DNA of 52,499 nucleotides from a virus (IMGVR_UViG_3300001528_000174:128001-180499); one strand, 5' to 3'. Shown: positions 1 through 11,277, counted from the stretch's first letter. Notes: generated by a model not told the origin, from the sequence alone. Numbers and translations: made by a program.

Positions 1-2
1 AA

Positions 3-1046
3 AAAGGAGTATTACTTGATTTATATAAACCAGATGAGCATGGTGAACAATTTTCTTTAACTACTTATAATTCTACAATACTCCCTGGACAAGTACTTCG
101 TTCTGTAAATGTCCAAATAGATAATAAAGCTTTTACTAATCAAATTTTAAATTTTAATTCTGAACAAGGTTTAAAATTTATATAGAAAAATAATAGTACT
201 GTAGATATTACTTAGTTAGATAGTTTAGAAAAGATATTAGTAACAGCTGCTAAAGTATAGGAAGGGTTAAATAAAGGAATTCAGGAAAATTTAACTGAAT
301 TTGTTAATAACCTTAATAACTATAATTATTACTATGTCAATAATGTAGACCAGAGTAAAGGTATGTAGCATATCATTCAATTATAGGAAATATCAAATAT
401 AAAAAGCAATGCTAATAGTCCTATTGGGTGGGTGTCTATGCCTTAGAGATTAACTTATTTTGCTAATAAAATAGAATCTAGGTTTGGAATACCTACATAG
501 GTTTTAAATAAATAGGCTATATCTTAGAATTATGGAGAACAATTTACTGATAAAAAAGCTTTTATTAATAATAACGAAATAATTATTAATGGAGAACTGG
601 CAACTAAATAGGATGTAGCGCATGAATATATGCATATATTTATGGGTATTGTTAAAAGCCAACCTGATTTGCAGGAAGATTATCTAACTCTATTACAAGA
701 TTTAGTAGAAAATACTGAACAAGGATAGTCTTAGTTATAGCAATATCAAAATGTATCAGAATATTCTGATATGGCTAGAATTGATTTATATGAAGAAGTT
801 GCTGCTAATATAATGGGAGAATATTTATCAGCATTAAATCCTAATACTTATCCACAAATATTTAGAGAATTTAGAAAATTTATTCAAAATAATACCTTTA
901 ATTAGGATTTAAAAGAAAATATACTAGATTTCACTGATTTTGCTGTAAATAATACTTATAAAATAAATACTAACAATAAAGAACGTTAGATTACTAATTT
1001 TTTATAGACAGCACTACAAAATAATATTATTAAAGAAATTTGTTAA
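3..1046 (+). CDS. C-terminal part of a large TAG-recoded virion/cargo-type protein with a zincin-like HExxH motif (5' truncated by the window)
   Basis: Frame starting at base 3 has no TAA/TGA until TAA 1044-1046 but about 15 in-frame TAGs. It translates ...DVAHEYMHIFMG...EEVAA (HExxH plus downstream E). Its stop overlaps the next ATG (TAATG). Confidence 0.85.
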
Positions 1047-4000
1047 TGAGTTGTAAATATTTTTTTAATGAGATATCTAAAAAATCGGAAAAAACATATT
1101 AGATACTTCAATAGCTTGTTGGGGATAAAGGTTTATCGTATTTTGAATTACATAATTTAATTTCAGATAATTTAGATTTAACTAATTATAGTGATACTCT
1201 ATTTTCTGCCTAGGAGGATGTTTCTAAAAAATTAACTGAACTAAAAGTATCACACCCTATATTTGATAAATGGGGTAATATAGTAGCAAATGACCCTGAA
1301 TCGGGTGTTTATAATATCTAGCATTTTTTAGATAGTCAATATTTTGACCCAGAGTAGAAGTATTATACTAAAATGAATGATGAAAATTATAAAGATGCTT
1401 TACGAAAAAGAGGATATACAGAGGATTAGATTAATCAAGAATTTGCTCGTTTTAAATTAATTGGAGCTGATGCCTATGCTATTCACTACATAGTTAATAA
1501 TTTAACAATTCCTCATGTAAATGACCCATATACTTGGAATGTATAGGTAGCTACAGTTATTGGTAATAAAATAACAGAATTAGAGCAAGAAATTACTTCT
1601 AGAAAAATAAAAAAACAAAATACTGAATTTCAAGAATCTTTGTTAAATAGTTTTCATAGAGTTTTAGATAGTATAGGTAATCATAATAATTTAGGTTCTC
1701 AAATTTTACAGTCTTTAATTACCACTGCTAAAGAAAATAAAATGGGAACTAATACTAAAAGAATAAGAAATCTTAGTGTTACCCAAGAAATTAAAAATTC
1801 TAATATAAGACTTCGTGGACATATTGATTAGATAATAGTTGATAAATATGGAAATATTTCTATTTATTAGAATGTGGTTTCTAGTTAGTCTTATGATAAC
1901 TGGATAAAAATTAAAAAATAGAAGTTTGAATTAGAATTATCTTTTTTAAAGAAAATGTTACAATCTAAGGGGTTTAATGCTAATAGAATTAGCTTACATT
2001 TAATTCCTACTTAGATAGTATATAATGATGATGGTACTATAAAAGATATTCGTATGGATAAACCTAAAAATATTTAGGTTCAAGGAGAATATCAATTAGG
2101 AGATATTGATGATGCTGTAGAAGCTTATATAGATGCTCCCGATTTAAGCTTTGGAAATATTGACGATAAAGTTCAGACTGCTTTAGATAAAACTAACTTA
2201 ATGTTTTTAAATGCTAATATTACTTAGAATAGAATAACTAAAACTATTGATAGTTATATAGCTTCTCAATATAATCCTAGAACAGGTACTGGAGATATTA
2301 TAAAATTAGAAGATGACCTCCAAGGATATAATTACGCGGTAACTATTGACGGAGAAGTCCATAAAATAAAAGAAGATTCTTTACCAAAAAATAATGAGGA
2401 ATTAAAAGAACTTTTACAAAAAGAGTTTGATAAAAAAGAGAAACAAATAAATACGGTACTTGACACTTTAGTTAAATAGATTCAAGTTGCTCGACATAAT
2501 CCTGAAAATACTACATTTGAAGCTTTTAAGAGAAGTAATTATAGGTTAATTTCTTTACTAGGTAAATATATTGAACCTTCTTATATAGCTGGCGAACCTG
2601 TATATGAATGGAATATTATTAATAATGAAGCTTTAAGAAATGCTCATATTTTATTATTCAAGAATAGTAAGGGACAAATTGACGTAGTTTCACTTGCTAA
2701 TTATAATTTATATGAAGTAAATAAACACAGAAGTAATGGTTCTAATATTATGAATAGTTATATTATGGATAATCAATCAGGTGATTTATATAACTATGAT
2801 TGTTCATTCGGGCATATGGAATAGATAAGAACTTTAAATATACTTAATGAAATATTACCTTCTTTAGATGGTAATTTTAAATTAGGAAACATTCAAATAA
2901 TATCTACATATGGTAGAGGTCAAGGAATGTATAGTACGGCTTCTGATTTAATTACTAAATATTATTCTCCAATATTAGAAGTAGTAAATAAATATAATAA
3001 TGAAATTAAATTAAATAATAATTTTGGAAATATTAATTTTATAGATTAGTATGATTTAGTTTCTAGTTATATAGATGATTTTTTAAAATTATCATCATAT
3101 CTTGATACTAATCCTATTCGATATAAATTAAAAGATGCTAAGGAGCAATTAGAAAATGCTAACTCTGAATCAGCTAAACGTACTGCTTTACAATCATTTT
3201 TAGAATATTTATAGAATAATCCTGTTATAAAAAATTTATAGAATGGAACGTCTGATATAACTTATGCTAATGAAAATACTAAAATGTTAGCTAATATATA
3301 TAATCAAGCTTGTTATGAATATACTAAGTTAATGGGTGTATATGTAGAAACTAAATATAAACCTTTAAGCTGGCTTGAAAGTAATATAATGAAACCTGAT
3401 GCTAATTCGGATAATAATTATAGAACTATTAAATAGATTGTTACCCAAACTACTTTTAGAGCTAATGAAAGAGTAATGAATGCAGCTAATCCTATTTAGA
3501 ATTTTACTAGAGAATATTTTAATAAAGCGGGGTATTCTACAGTTGAAGGTTCCTTAATAGGAGATGAAAATAAATATTTTGATAATATGTTTATGCATAA
3601 TGATAAGGGGGAAAAAATTATGATGTTTAAAAACCCTTATAAAGATGATGCTGCTAACTATATGACTAATAGTGAAAAAACTTTCCTAAAAAGAGCTTTA
3701 TTTGAATTTGCTAAAGTAACTTACTCTATGCATAATAAATCTTTTGATTTTACAAGCTATGAGGATCCAGAATTTGCTAAAGCAGTTGAAGAATAGGAGG
3801 TTCTTCGTTATGTTCCTTTAAAAAGAGCTTCTAGTACTTTATCGGTTAAATCTTTAAAAAATGGAGTGAACCAATTCTTTGATACTATTAAAGGATTTAC
3901 TTCCAAAGAAGATAACGTATTTGCCAAATGGTAGCAAACTCTTGATAAAGAAGGTGCTAATTTATCAATGCGAGATAGATTTGAGAACGGGGTAACTAAT

Positions 4001-5704
4001 CCTTTTGCTTCTAGTATGTCTTCTGATAAAAATGTGAGATAGGAAATATTAAATTAGCATACTAACGATTATTGGGAAACTAATATACCTGCATTACTAT
4101 ATAGTTATATAAACTCTAACGTACTAACTCAGGAATTTAATAAGTCATTAATTTTAGTAAAAGCTGTAATGTTTTAGGCGAAGATGCTAGCTTTAAATGC
4201 TGGAAATCTTAAATATCTTGAATGGTTTTAGAAAGAAGCCGATAAATATTTAACTGTTAATGTGTTTAATGATACTATATTGGAAGATACTTCTAAAAAA
4301 TTCTTTACAGTAATTAATCCAGTGAAACATTTTGTGTCTAAGATGTTTTTAAGTTTTAATATTAAATCAATGTTTAGAGATACTTTAGAAGGATTCCAAT
4401 AGAACTACATTAAAGCAGCTACTAAATATGGTACTGATATTTCTACAGCTAATTTAACTAAAGCTTATAATATAGTAATGAAAGGTTGTTGTTCTAATGT
4501 ACGTACTATATCTTTATTAAATCAATTATGTATTAAATACGGTTTATCTAATTTAGATTTTGCCAATATTGCTAATGGTTTAAGAACAGATAGAAGTGGA
4601 ATTAAACATTGGGACGATATAGCTTATAATACTATGAAGCGCCCTGACTTTCTAAATAGAATGACTTTATTTGTAGCTAGGGCTTTACAAGATGGAACTT
4701 GGGATGCTCTATCAATAGATAAAGATGGTAAAATTAAATATGAGTGGAAAAAAGATAAAAGATTTTAGGATATTACAAAATCTCCTAAAGGTAGTGAAAA
4801 ATATAATAAAGCTAAATCTTTATATTTTTCCGCTATTAGAGCTTATAACAGAGATCATATCGAATCTCCTATTAGCTATAATGATGACTTACCATCTCCT
4901 TATTCGTTAGAAGATATTGATAAAATCAAACAAGTTGCAGATAGTATTTACGGTAATTATGATAGAGGAGGTAGAGCTATGGCTGAAAATATGGCTATAG
5001 GAATGACTTTTGCTTAGTTTACTACTTATTCTAATGGTATTATAGCCAACTGGTTTGGAAAGAAACGAGTTATAAAAGGAGATAAAATGGAGTAGCAAAA
5101 GAATGAAGCTGGATAGCCTTTATATTTTCTAGAAGATGGAACTATTACTACTGAAAATACTGGAGTTCCAGTAATGGATGGTATACCTATGGTAGTACAG
5201 GGAGTATTTCATACATTCGGTGATATATTAGGAATATTATCAGATACTAATTAGGATGATAAAATCAAAAAAATAAAAGAAATGTTAAAAGCTAATCCTA
5301 ATGATGCTGCTAATATTAGAAAAGCCTGGACTAGTTTATTATGGGCACTATTTATGGGAATTCTGTTTAAAGAAGTATTTGACCCGGGTTATAAGGAATT
5401 ATTAAAGTCTTATGATAGTGATGACTATTTAGCCAGCGCTATGACTTATGTTATGTATAATGGAGGTAAATAGTCTACTTAGAATTTCCATGAATTTTTA
5501 GTTATTCCAGAATATTTTGCAGGAACTGGAGATATGAGTAATGGTATGACTATACCTTTTCAAAATTATCCAACATCATTAGTTAAGAATCTTTTTAATA
5601 CAGCTACTAATCCTGATAAGCATTGGGGTGAATATATTGTTAATAATATTCCTTCATTATCTATGTTTAAACAAGCAACTTAGGCTTATTATAAAGAAAA
5701 TTAA
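1046..5704 (+). CDS. Large (1552 aa) TAG-recoded protein, probable crAss-like virion cargo/ejection protein with a degenerate PD-(D/E)xK-like segment and C-terminal hydrophobic helices
   Basis: ATG at 1046 (MSCKYFFNE...) runs to TAA 5702-5704 in one frame, interrupted only by about 35 TAGs by my count. ORF-track fragments 1640, 3587, 4478 and 5282 all lie in this frame. Motif RLRGHIDxIIVDKYGNISIY; hydrophobic LLWALFMGILF near the C-terminus. Confidence 0.85.
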
Positions 5705-5752
5705 AAAAAATAAGGGGCGTAACCCAGGATTTCTCCTGAGCTACGCCCCTTA
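5703..5752 (-). terminator. Intrinsic terminator between the convergent late (+) and replication (-) blocks, possibly bidirectional
   Basis: TAAGGGGCGTA-ACCCAGGA-TTTC-TCCTGAGC-TACGCCCCTTA inverted repeat (5711-5752), preceded by an A8 run (U-tract on the minus strand). Confidence 0.85.
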
Positions 5753-5759
5753 AAATATA

Positions 5760-5972
5760 TTAATACCAATATAAAGTATTAATTAAGTTATCTTCTTCTA
5801 TTAGATCTTTTAATATACTTATATCTATAGTACCAATCATCGTAATTTTTGCATTTGGATTATTAAATAATTCTGGATATATAACTTCAGTATATACAAA
5901 TCCTTTATCAAAATGATTACAGCATTGCTGTGCTTCTATTACATTTACATCTAATAAATTTATTTTAAACAT
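5760..5972 (-). CDS. Hypothetical protein
   Basis: 70-aa ORF overlapping the kinase stop; last gene before the terminator. Confidence 0.6.
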   Translation of the reverse strand: MFKINLLDVNVIEAQQCCNHFDKGFVYTEVIYPELFNNPNAKITMIGTIDISILKDLIEEDNLINTLYWY

Positions 5973-6499
5973 TTAATTTTATTTTGTAGGTCTACTAAAG
6001 TACCATCATTTTTTATAACTTTATCAAAAGTATAATCATCTAATGCAATCTCACTAATATGATCCATTAATTGAATATTAGGTCTTTCTATTCTCCATAT
6101 TTCACCTCCTAAATCTTTTATCATTTTAAATTCATTAGGATAACGGACATCTGGAATTAATACAGTATCTATTGAGCCATTCTGTTTAATTGCTGCTATT
6201 TTACCAATCATAATATTTACCCAAAAATCTTCAGTAATACTTTGTCTAAAAGCATTACCAACATCTTGGAGTAAATTTCTTATAGTATAATCTTTACCCA
6301 TCCAAGGAATATTTAATTTTTTAGTCTCTTGTAAAGACATATCATAAGTACCGAATGGGATAAGTAATCCTTGACAACAATCTTTTAAAGAATCTGCAAA
6401 GTGTAGTATAGTACAATGCACTTTACTAAATCTACTATAATAATTAGCTACAGTGTCTTTACCTGAAGTAGCTTTTCCAGAAATTCCTATAATTACCAT
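5960..6499 (-). CDS. Deoxynucleoside monophosphate kinase
   Basis: IIGISGKATSGKDT P-loop, FADSLK, R-x-LLQ-x-G, DVRYPNE and H-x-SE motifs of phage dNMP kinases. Confidence 0.9.
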   Translation of the reverse strand: MVIIGISGKATSGKDTVANYYSRFSKVHCTILHFADSLKDCCQGLLIPFGTYDMSLQETKKLNIPWMGKDYTIRNLLQDVGNAFRQSITEDFWVNIMIGKIAAIKQNGSIDTVLIPDVRYPNEFKMIKDLGGEIWRIERPNIQLMDHISEIALDDYTFDKVIKNDGTLVDLQNKIKCLK

Positions 6500-6702
6500 T
6501 TATTAATATCAGTTATATCCTCTTCATTTTTACAAACATTGCATCTTATACTTACTAAATCACCTAATCCAAAAGTTGAAAATATATAACTAAATTTTGG
6601 ATAACCATTTGTACCTCCATAAGGAGTATCACATTGAGCATTATGTTTTTGTATAAATTCTTTTGCTAATTGATACTCCTTATCTGTTAATTTAAAATCC
6701 AA
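6493..6702 (-). CDS. Small hypothetical protein with CxxC
   Basis: 69-aa coupled ORF with the motif FSYIF...GLG...IRCNVC...DIT. Confidence 0.65.
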   Translation of the reverse strand: MDFKLTDKEYQLAKEFIQKHNAQCDTPYGGTNGYPKFSYIFSTFGLGDLVSIRCNVCKNEEDITDINKW

Positions 6703-7774
6703 TTTTCTTTGTTTTCTTTTCTCCGAAATCTATTCTTTCTTTATTATAGATTTCTGCTAAAGTTTCTGCTTTATCATCCCCACATATTGCTTTAGTCTTG
6801 TCTTTACTTAAAGCTTTAAATTCATATTTTAATTTAAGTCTTCCAGGTCTTAATAAAGCATCATCTATTTCAGTAAGCTTTGCATTAAAAGTACATAAAA
6901 ATCTAATATTTAAAGCGTCACCTACTAATCCATCAGTAATATTAAGAAGAGAGTTAATTAAAGAATTCTCATGAGTATCTCTACGTTTTAAGATATACTC
7001 ACAATCTTCCATTATAATTACGGCATTCTTTAATCCTAATAAGAAAGATAAAAATTGTCCTGAAACTATATTTTGAAGCATTGAAAAGTCCATTATGTAG
7101 AAATTAACATCAGAACAATCATAAATAAGCTTCTTTATGCTCGTCGTTTTTCCGGTTCCCGGGTCTCCATACATTAAAGCTAAGCCAGAACCGTCTTTTT
7201 CACAGAATTCTTTATATTTATCATAAGGAAAATCATCATTATAGTTCTTTTTTATATCAATATCAACGTTTCTAGTACTGGAACATTCAGTAGTACTAAA
7301 TCCATTTTGTGTTTGGACAACTAAATCATACTCCACAGTTTTTTCAGCATTCTCAGGTAAAGGTTTTACATAATTTAAAAACTCTCTTACCATAGTATGG
7401 TTGGTATAATTTATTTGAATATAAGTACTAAAAATTTGAACTTCTCCGTAGGTAGTAAAATAATGTCCTATCTCTTCTTCATCTACATAAATTCCATAAT
7501 CTACATTTTTAGTAAATTCTCTAATGAAGTACTCTTGATATATCTGCGGACTATCACATATACTGTCTAGTTCTAATTTTCCATTTTCCTCCTTAATTCT
7601 AGGATCAAAAGCATTTAATAATTGTGCTTTGTTGTCCTTATCTAATATTATAAAATAAGAACGTATATGATGATACATTGAGTACAAAACCATAGGTTTA
7701 ATTACTATATCATGTGTTTTATATAGTTCTCGTACTGTATTTTCTATATTATTTTGAATTGTATTACTATACAT
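6692..7774 (-). CDS. AAA+ ATPase
   Basis: Walker A GDPGTGKT, Walker B IIMEDCE, LLNITDG, and second region of homology DDALLRPGR. Confidence 0.9.
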   Translation of the reverse strand: MYSNTIQNNIENTVRELYKTHDIVIKPMVLYSMYHHIRSYFIILDKDNKAQLLNAFDPRIKEENGKLELDSICDSPQIYQEYFIREFTKNVDYGIYVDEEEIGHYFTTYGEVQIFSTYIQINYTNHTMVREFLNYVKPLPENAEKTVEYDLVVQTQNGFSTTECSSTRNVDIDIKKNYNDDFPYDKYKEFCEKDGSGLALMYGDPGTGKTTSIKKLIYDCSDVNFYIMDFSMLQNIVSGQFLSFLLGLKNAVIIMEDCEYILKRRDTHENSLINSLLNITDGLVGDALNIRFLCTFNAKLTEIDDALLRPGRLKLKYEFKALSKDKTKAICGDDKAETLAEIYNKERIDFGEKKTKKIGF

Positions 7775-7985
7775 TAATATAAAATGGGGTTAATGTTTTA
7801 TCAAAGCACTCTTTAGTAGCACCTAGTACATCTATGTTAGTTTTTCTATGTGAGTATACTGCTGTTACTCCATTAAAATCTGGCAAAGGATTATAAGATA
7901 ATGCCGAAGATGCTCCCTCTATAGCATCTAAAGAATTTTCTCCGTGAGTTAAAGTAATAGAAATAAATTCTTCCACCTCATCCAT
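7767..7985 (-). CDS. Hypothetical protein (ends TAG-TAA)
   Basis: 72-aa coupled ORF. Confidence 0.6.
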   Translation of the reverse strand: MDEVEEFISITLTHGENSLDAIEGASSALSYNPLPDFNGVTAVYSHRKTNIDVLGATKECFDKTLTPFYINV

Positions 7986-8857
7986 TATTTACAATAACCT
8001 AGCTTAATAAACTCCTCGTGCATTGGTTTGGCTATTTCCTGAGCCATAGGATGTGCATCAGAAGCATCTCTTCTATAAAAGAAATTAGACCAAGCATCTT
8101 CAAACCCGCAACTAATTAACTCAGATTTAATTCCTAATGGAAGTACAGAACGTGCTTGCTGAGGTGTCCAGCCTTTAGCTAATAAGGATAAATAATGATT
8201 CTCCGCTTCATTAAGTGCTACCAAAAACTCATTAGAACTACTAGACATATGAGTTCCTTCTGGAGTAACCACTTCATCTGCTGTTTTGATTTCCCAACAT
8301 GGCTCAATAAAAGTAACTTCTCCTCCAAATTTAGCTTTGTTGTACGCACAGTAACGAGTGCTTTCAGCTAAATGAGACAATCCCACATGAGTTCTAAACT
8401 CATCCATAACTCCCCTATCAAGAATCATATGGACTGTGTAGCGTTTAGGATAATATTCGGAATCAGACTCATCTAGTAATTCTTCAATCCAAGGATGTTG
8501 TTTAATAACTTCTAAAAAGTATCTATAATTAGTAGTTACAAATATATTATCATCACTATCTATAATTTCTTCTTTCCATTTTAGCCAGTAGTCGTTATAA
8601 ATACCTATACCTGCTAAGGTGTCTTGCAAGTCTACTAATTCCTCATAGGTCATTCTGAGATGAACAGTACCAAATTCAAGAGGTCTATCATGCCCTCTAT
8701 TTATGAGCATATTTACAAACTTCTCATAAGAATTTTCTGTGATTCTATTCTCGCTTTTATAGGATACACGAGCACATCTTTCAATATGCTTCTTAATTCC
8801 TACTAATGAGAAGTCTGTTTGATTAATTATTTCATAACTTTGTTTAATTAGCTTCAT
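7985..8857 (-). CDS. thyX: Flavin-dependent thymidylate synthase
   Basis: ARVSY, GH-x-x-PLE, ThyX-type motif RTH-x7-STRY, and QARSVLP. Confidence 0.9.
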   Translation of the reverse strand: MKLIKQSYEIINQTDFSLVGIKKHIERCARVSYKSENRITENSYEKFVNMLINRGHDRPLEFGTVHLRMTYEELVDLQDTLAGIGIYNDYWLKWKEEIIDSDDNIFVTTNYRYFLEVIKQHPWIEELLDESDSEYYPKRYTVHMILDRGVMDEFRTHVGLSHLAESTRYCAYNKAKFGGEVTFIEPCWEIKTADEVVTPEGTHMSSSSNEFLVALNEAENHYLSLLAKGWTPQQARSVLPLGIKSELISCGFEDAWSNFFYRRDASDAHPMAQEIAKPMHEEFIKLGYCK

Positions 8858-8862
8858 ATTAT

Positions 8863-9051
8863 TTAAATGTCTTTTTCTACTATAGTGTCTAAAGGATCTC
8901 CATATATTTGAATATCTGGAACTTCATCATAAAAACTTCCTTCTCCGAGATTTACTCGTTCTTTAGCTTCCTCTTCTGAATCAGTATCTATATAGTGGGT
9001 TATTGTAGTAGTTCCTTTACAGTGAAATTGTTGTATTACTAAATATTTCAT
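8863..9051 (-). CDS. Hypothetical acidic protein
   Basis: 62-aa coupled ORF. Confidence 0.55.
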   Translation of the reverse strand: MKYLVIQQFHCKGTTTITHYIDTDSEEEAKERVNLGEGSFYDEVPDIQIYGDPLDTIVEKDI

Positions 9052-9773
9052 TTTTTATAATAAAAATAAATATCAGGTTTTTCATCGGGCTTTAACCACC
9101 ATAAGAGTTTAGTTTTACCTGTTTGACTATTTAATATATCATAATCAATACCAAACCCGATAAATGGGATTCGACAAGCTACATTATGATATTTATAAGG
9201 CATTAATCTTTGAATATCATAATCATGTGGATAATAATCTATATAAATAGTTTTCTTTTCTCCAGTACTTAAAATAAATCTTCCTAAACATTGGGGAGTT
9301 TTTAACTCGATAAGGGCTTTAAGTTTGTGTGTAACATTAGATTCTTCAAAGGTATATTTATTATAAGTTTCCATAATTACCCTTGAATTATCTTTGATAA
9401 CCTGTTTATCTTGATATTTTAAAATTCCATCTTCAACGTAAAATCCTCCAAATCGTTTATCTATATTTTCTTTTTTACTAATATCAAGATAAAACTCTTC
9501 CATAGGATTATACATACGTAATTTATGGCATCTTTTCAAGAATTTAGAATAAACTTTATTAATTGGCTGTCCTATATGGTGTTTTAAGAACTTAATAAAA
9601 TTCCCATCAATAGCAGTGCCATCATCATCATTCCAATTATGCTTACAGTATCCCCATTCTTTTAAATTACGAGCTGTAGTTTCATAATTACTCTTAAACT
9701 TTTGTCTAGGAAATTTCTTATGATTTCTTTTACTTTTAGTACTAGTTCTTTTTAACTTAAATGTTAACGTCAT
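9048..9773 (-). CDS. Hypothetical basic protein
   Basis: 241-aa ORF with a Lys/Arg-rich N-terminus and motif KFLKHHIGQPINKVYSKF...GFYVEDGIL. Confidence 0.7.
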   Translation of the reverse strand: MTLTFKLKRTSTKSKRNHKKFPRQKFKSNYETTARNLKEWGYCKHNWNDDDGTAIDGNFIKFLKHHIGQPINKVYSKFLKRCHKLRMYNPMEEFYLDISKKENIDKRFGGFYVEDGILKYQDKQVIKDNSRVIMETYNKYTFEESNVTHKLKALIELKTPQCLGRFILSTGEKKTIYIDYYPHDYDIQRLMPYKYHNVACRIPFIGFGIDYDILNSQTGKTKLLWWLKPDEKPDIYFYYKK

Positions 9774-9844
9774 ACGATTTTATTTCTTTACATAAAACTT
9801 CCCAATTATCATTTATCCAGTTTTCAGAAAAAGTTATAAACTTT

Positions 9845-10051
9845 CTATCTAGATGTTCGTCCATATAGTCTTGTATTAATTTTCCTAGCTCTAAAGCTGA
9901 ATGAATAATTATTGGATGTTCTAAGTCTATAAATGGTTTTAATAAATTTTCTTTGCACATTATTTAACAATATAGGTTTACCATTTATGTAGATAAATCT
10001 TTCCATAAACTCTATAGGATGAGTTTTATAAAAATTGATATCATGTGTCAT
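9845..10051 (-). CDS. Hypothetical protein
   Basis: 68-aa ORF directly after the 10053 gene. Confidence 0.5.
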   Translation of the reverse strand: MTHDINFYKTHPIEFMERFIYINGKPILLNNVQRKFIKTIYRLRTSNNYSFSFRARKINTRLYGRTSR

Positions 10052-10052
10052 G

Positions 10053-10520
10053 TTAGTGTGGATCAGTTATTCCATAACCAGCACCTTCTAGAACATCTAA
10101 GGATTTCTCTTGTAAATCTCTTTCTTCCAATATAAAATTAGGATGTACTAATTTAACTATGTTTATAAAAATGTCTACAAACTCATCTGGAGCAGAACCA
10201 CTCTCTCCTACCCAATATGCTCCAACTGGACAATATTTACCATCTTTATTTAAATACTCTTTATCTATAATACCTTTATCTGCTAGAATTTTAGCATACT
10301 CAGGTTTTATATAGTATTCCTCATATTCAGAACAGCATTTTTTAACAAAGTCAAATCCTAATAATTTAGAAGCATGATTATAAGCTATTTCAATTTCCCA
10401 AGAGGCAAGGTTACTTATCATATGATATGTTTCATATCTGCCATGACCGTCTCCACTAGGGTCTCCTAAATTAAATACAATATTATACCAATGTGGTCCC
10501 ACATCAACTGCATTTCCCAT
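10053..10520 (-). CDS. Hypothetical protein
   Basis: 155 aa with LGDPSGDGHG and a C-terminal GYG motif. Confidence 0.7.
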   Translation of the reverse strand: MGNAVDVGPHWYNIVFNLGDPSGDGHGRYETYHMISNLASWEIEIAYNHASKLLGFDFVKKCCSEYEEYYIKPEYAKILADKGIIDKEYLNKDGKYCPVGAYWVGESGSAPDEFVDIFINIVKLVHPNFILEERDLQEKSLDVLEGAGYGITDPH

Positions 10521-10522
10521 AA

Positions 10523-10768
10523 TTATCCATTTTTAATACATCTGTTCTCAAATTTCTTATAGGCATCAAGATAGAACTCATCCTTTGCCTTGTTGTATGT
10601 AACCTCATAGTACATACCATCAGGAAGTGTTGTTGACAATAACCACTTGGCATTACCCAAGATGTAGCAATACCATACTACAAACACATCAAACACTTGC
10701 TTAGGGTCACTCTTATCCAAGTGCTCCTCAGCGTACTTTCTTACAAATTCAATTACTTTTTTGTTCAT
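10523..10768 (-). CDS. DUF6275-like small phage protein
   Basis: VFVVWYCYILGNAKWLLSTTLPDGMYYEVTYN...YLDAYKKFEN signature, recognised from memory. Confidence 0.75.
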   Translation of the reverse strand: MNKKVIEFVRKYAEEHLDKSDPKQVFDVFVVWYCYILGNAKWLLSTTLPDGMYYEVTYNKAKDEFYLDAYKKFENRCIKNG

Positions 10769-10896
10769 TTTTAATTATTTCGTTATAAACATCAGGCATT
10801 ATAATTTTATAATGTTCTTTTCTATTTGGGTATTTATCTAAATAACTTTTTAATATAATAGCTAATTGTTTAATATCTACTGGTTCATTGCTCTCT

Positions 10897-11277
10897 TTAA
10901 TTCCCAACATATTCATATATAATAGTAGTTACTTCTTTTGGCTTAACTTCTATCAATTCTTGATCACAGTCTACAAAATCTTCAAAATCGCCATCATAAC
11001 TATAATCATATTCAAATGAATAGTATTTATTATGAATTTTAATAATGCCTTTATAAGTTATATACCCTTTTTCTAAATCTACATATATGATTTTATACTC
11101 TGGGTTAATAACTTCTATATAGGAATATAAATCACTTATGTACTCACGGACTTCAATATCATCGTGATGCTTCCAAAACTCTATGAATTTGTCCGCCATA
11201 TCTTTTGGCATATATTCTTCTATATTATTCCAATATGAATGAATTACATAATAATATTCATCAAGTCTTAATTTCAT
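10897..11277 (-). CDS. Hypothetical acidic/Tyr-rich protein
   Basis: 126 aa with C-terminal EVKPKEVTTIIYE. Confidence 0.65.
   Translation of the reverse strand: MKLRLDEYYYVIHSYWNNIEEYMPKDMADKFIEFWKHHDDIEVREYISDLYSYIEVINPEYKIIYVDLEKGYITYKGIIKIHNKYYSFEYDYSYDGDFEDFVDCDQELIEVKPKEVTTIIYEYVGN

Noticed and set aside
1640-5473. Short ORF-track calls in the first 5.7 kb (1640, 3587, 4478, 4725, 4907, 5282) and a pseudogene reading
   Set aside because: Four are in-frame pieces of one TAG-recoded gene and the others are shadows. Interruptions are exclusively TAG, which random decay would not produce.
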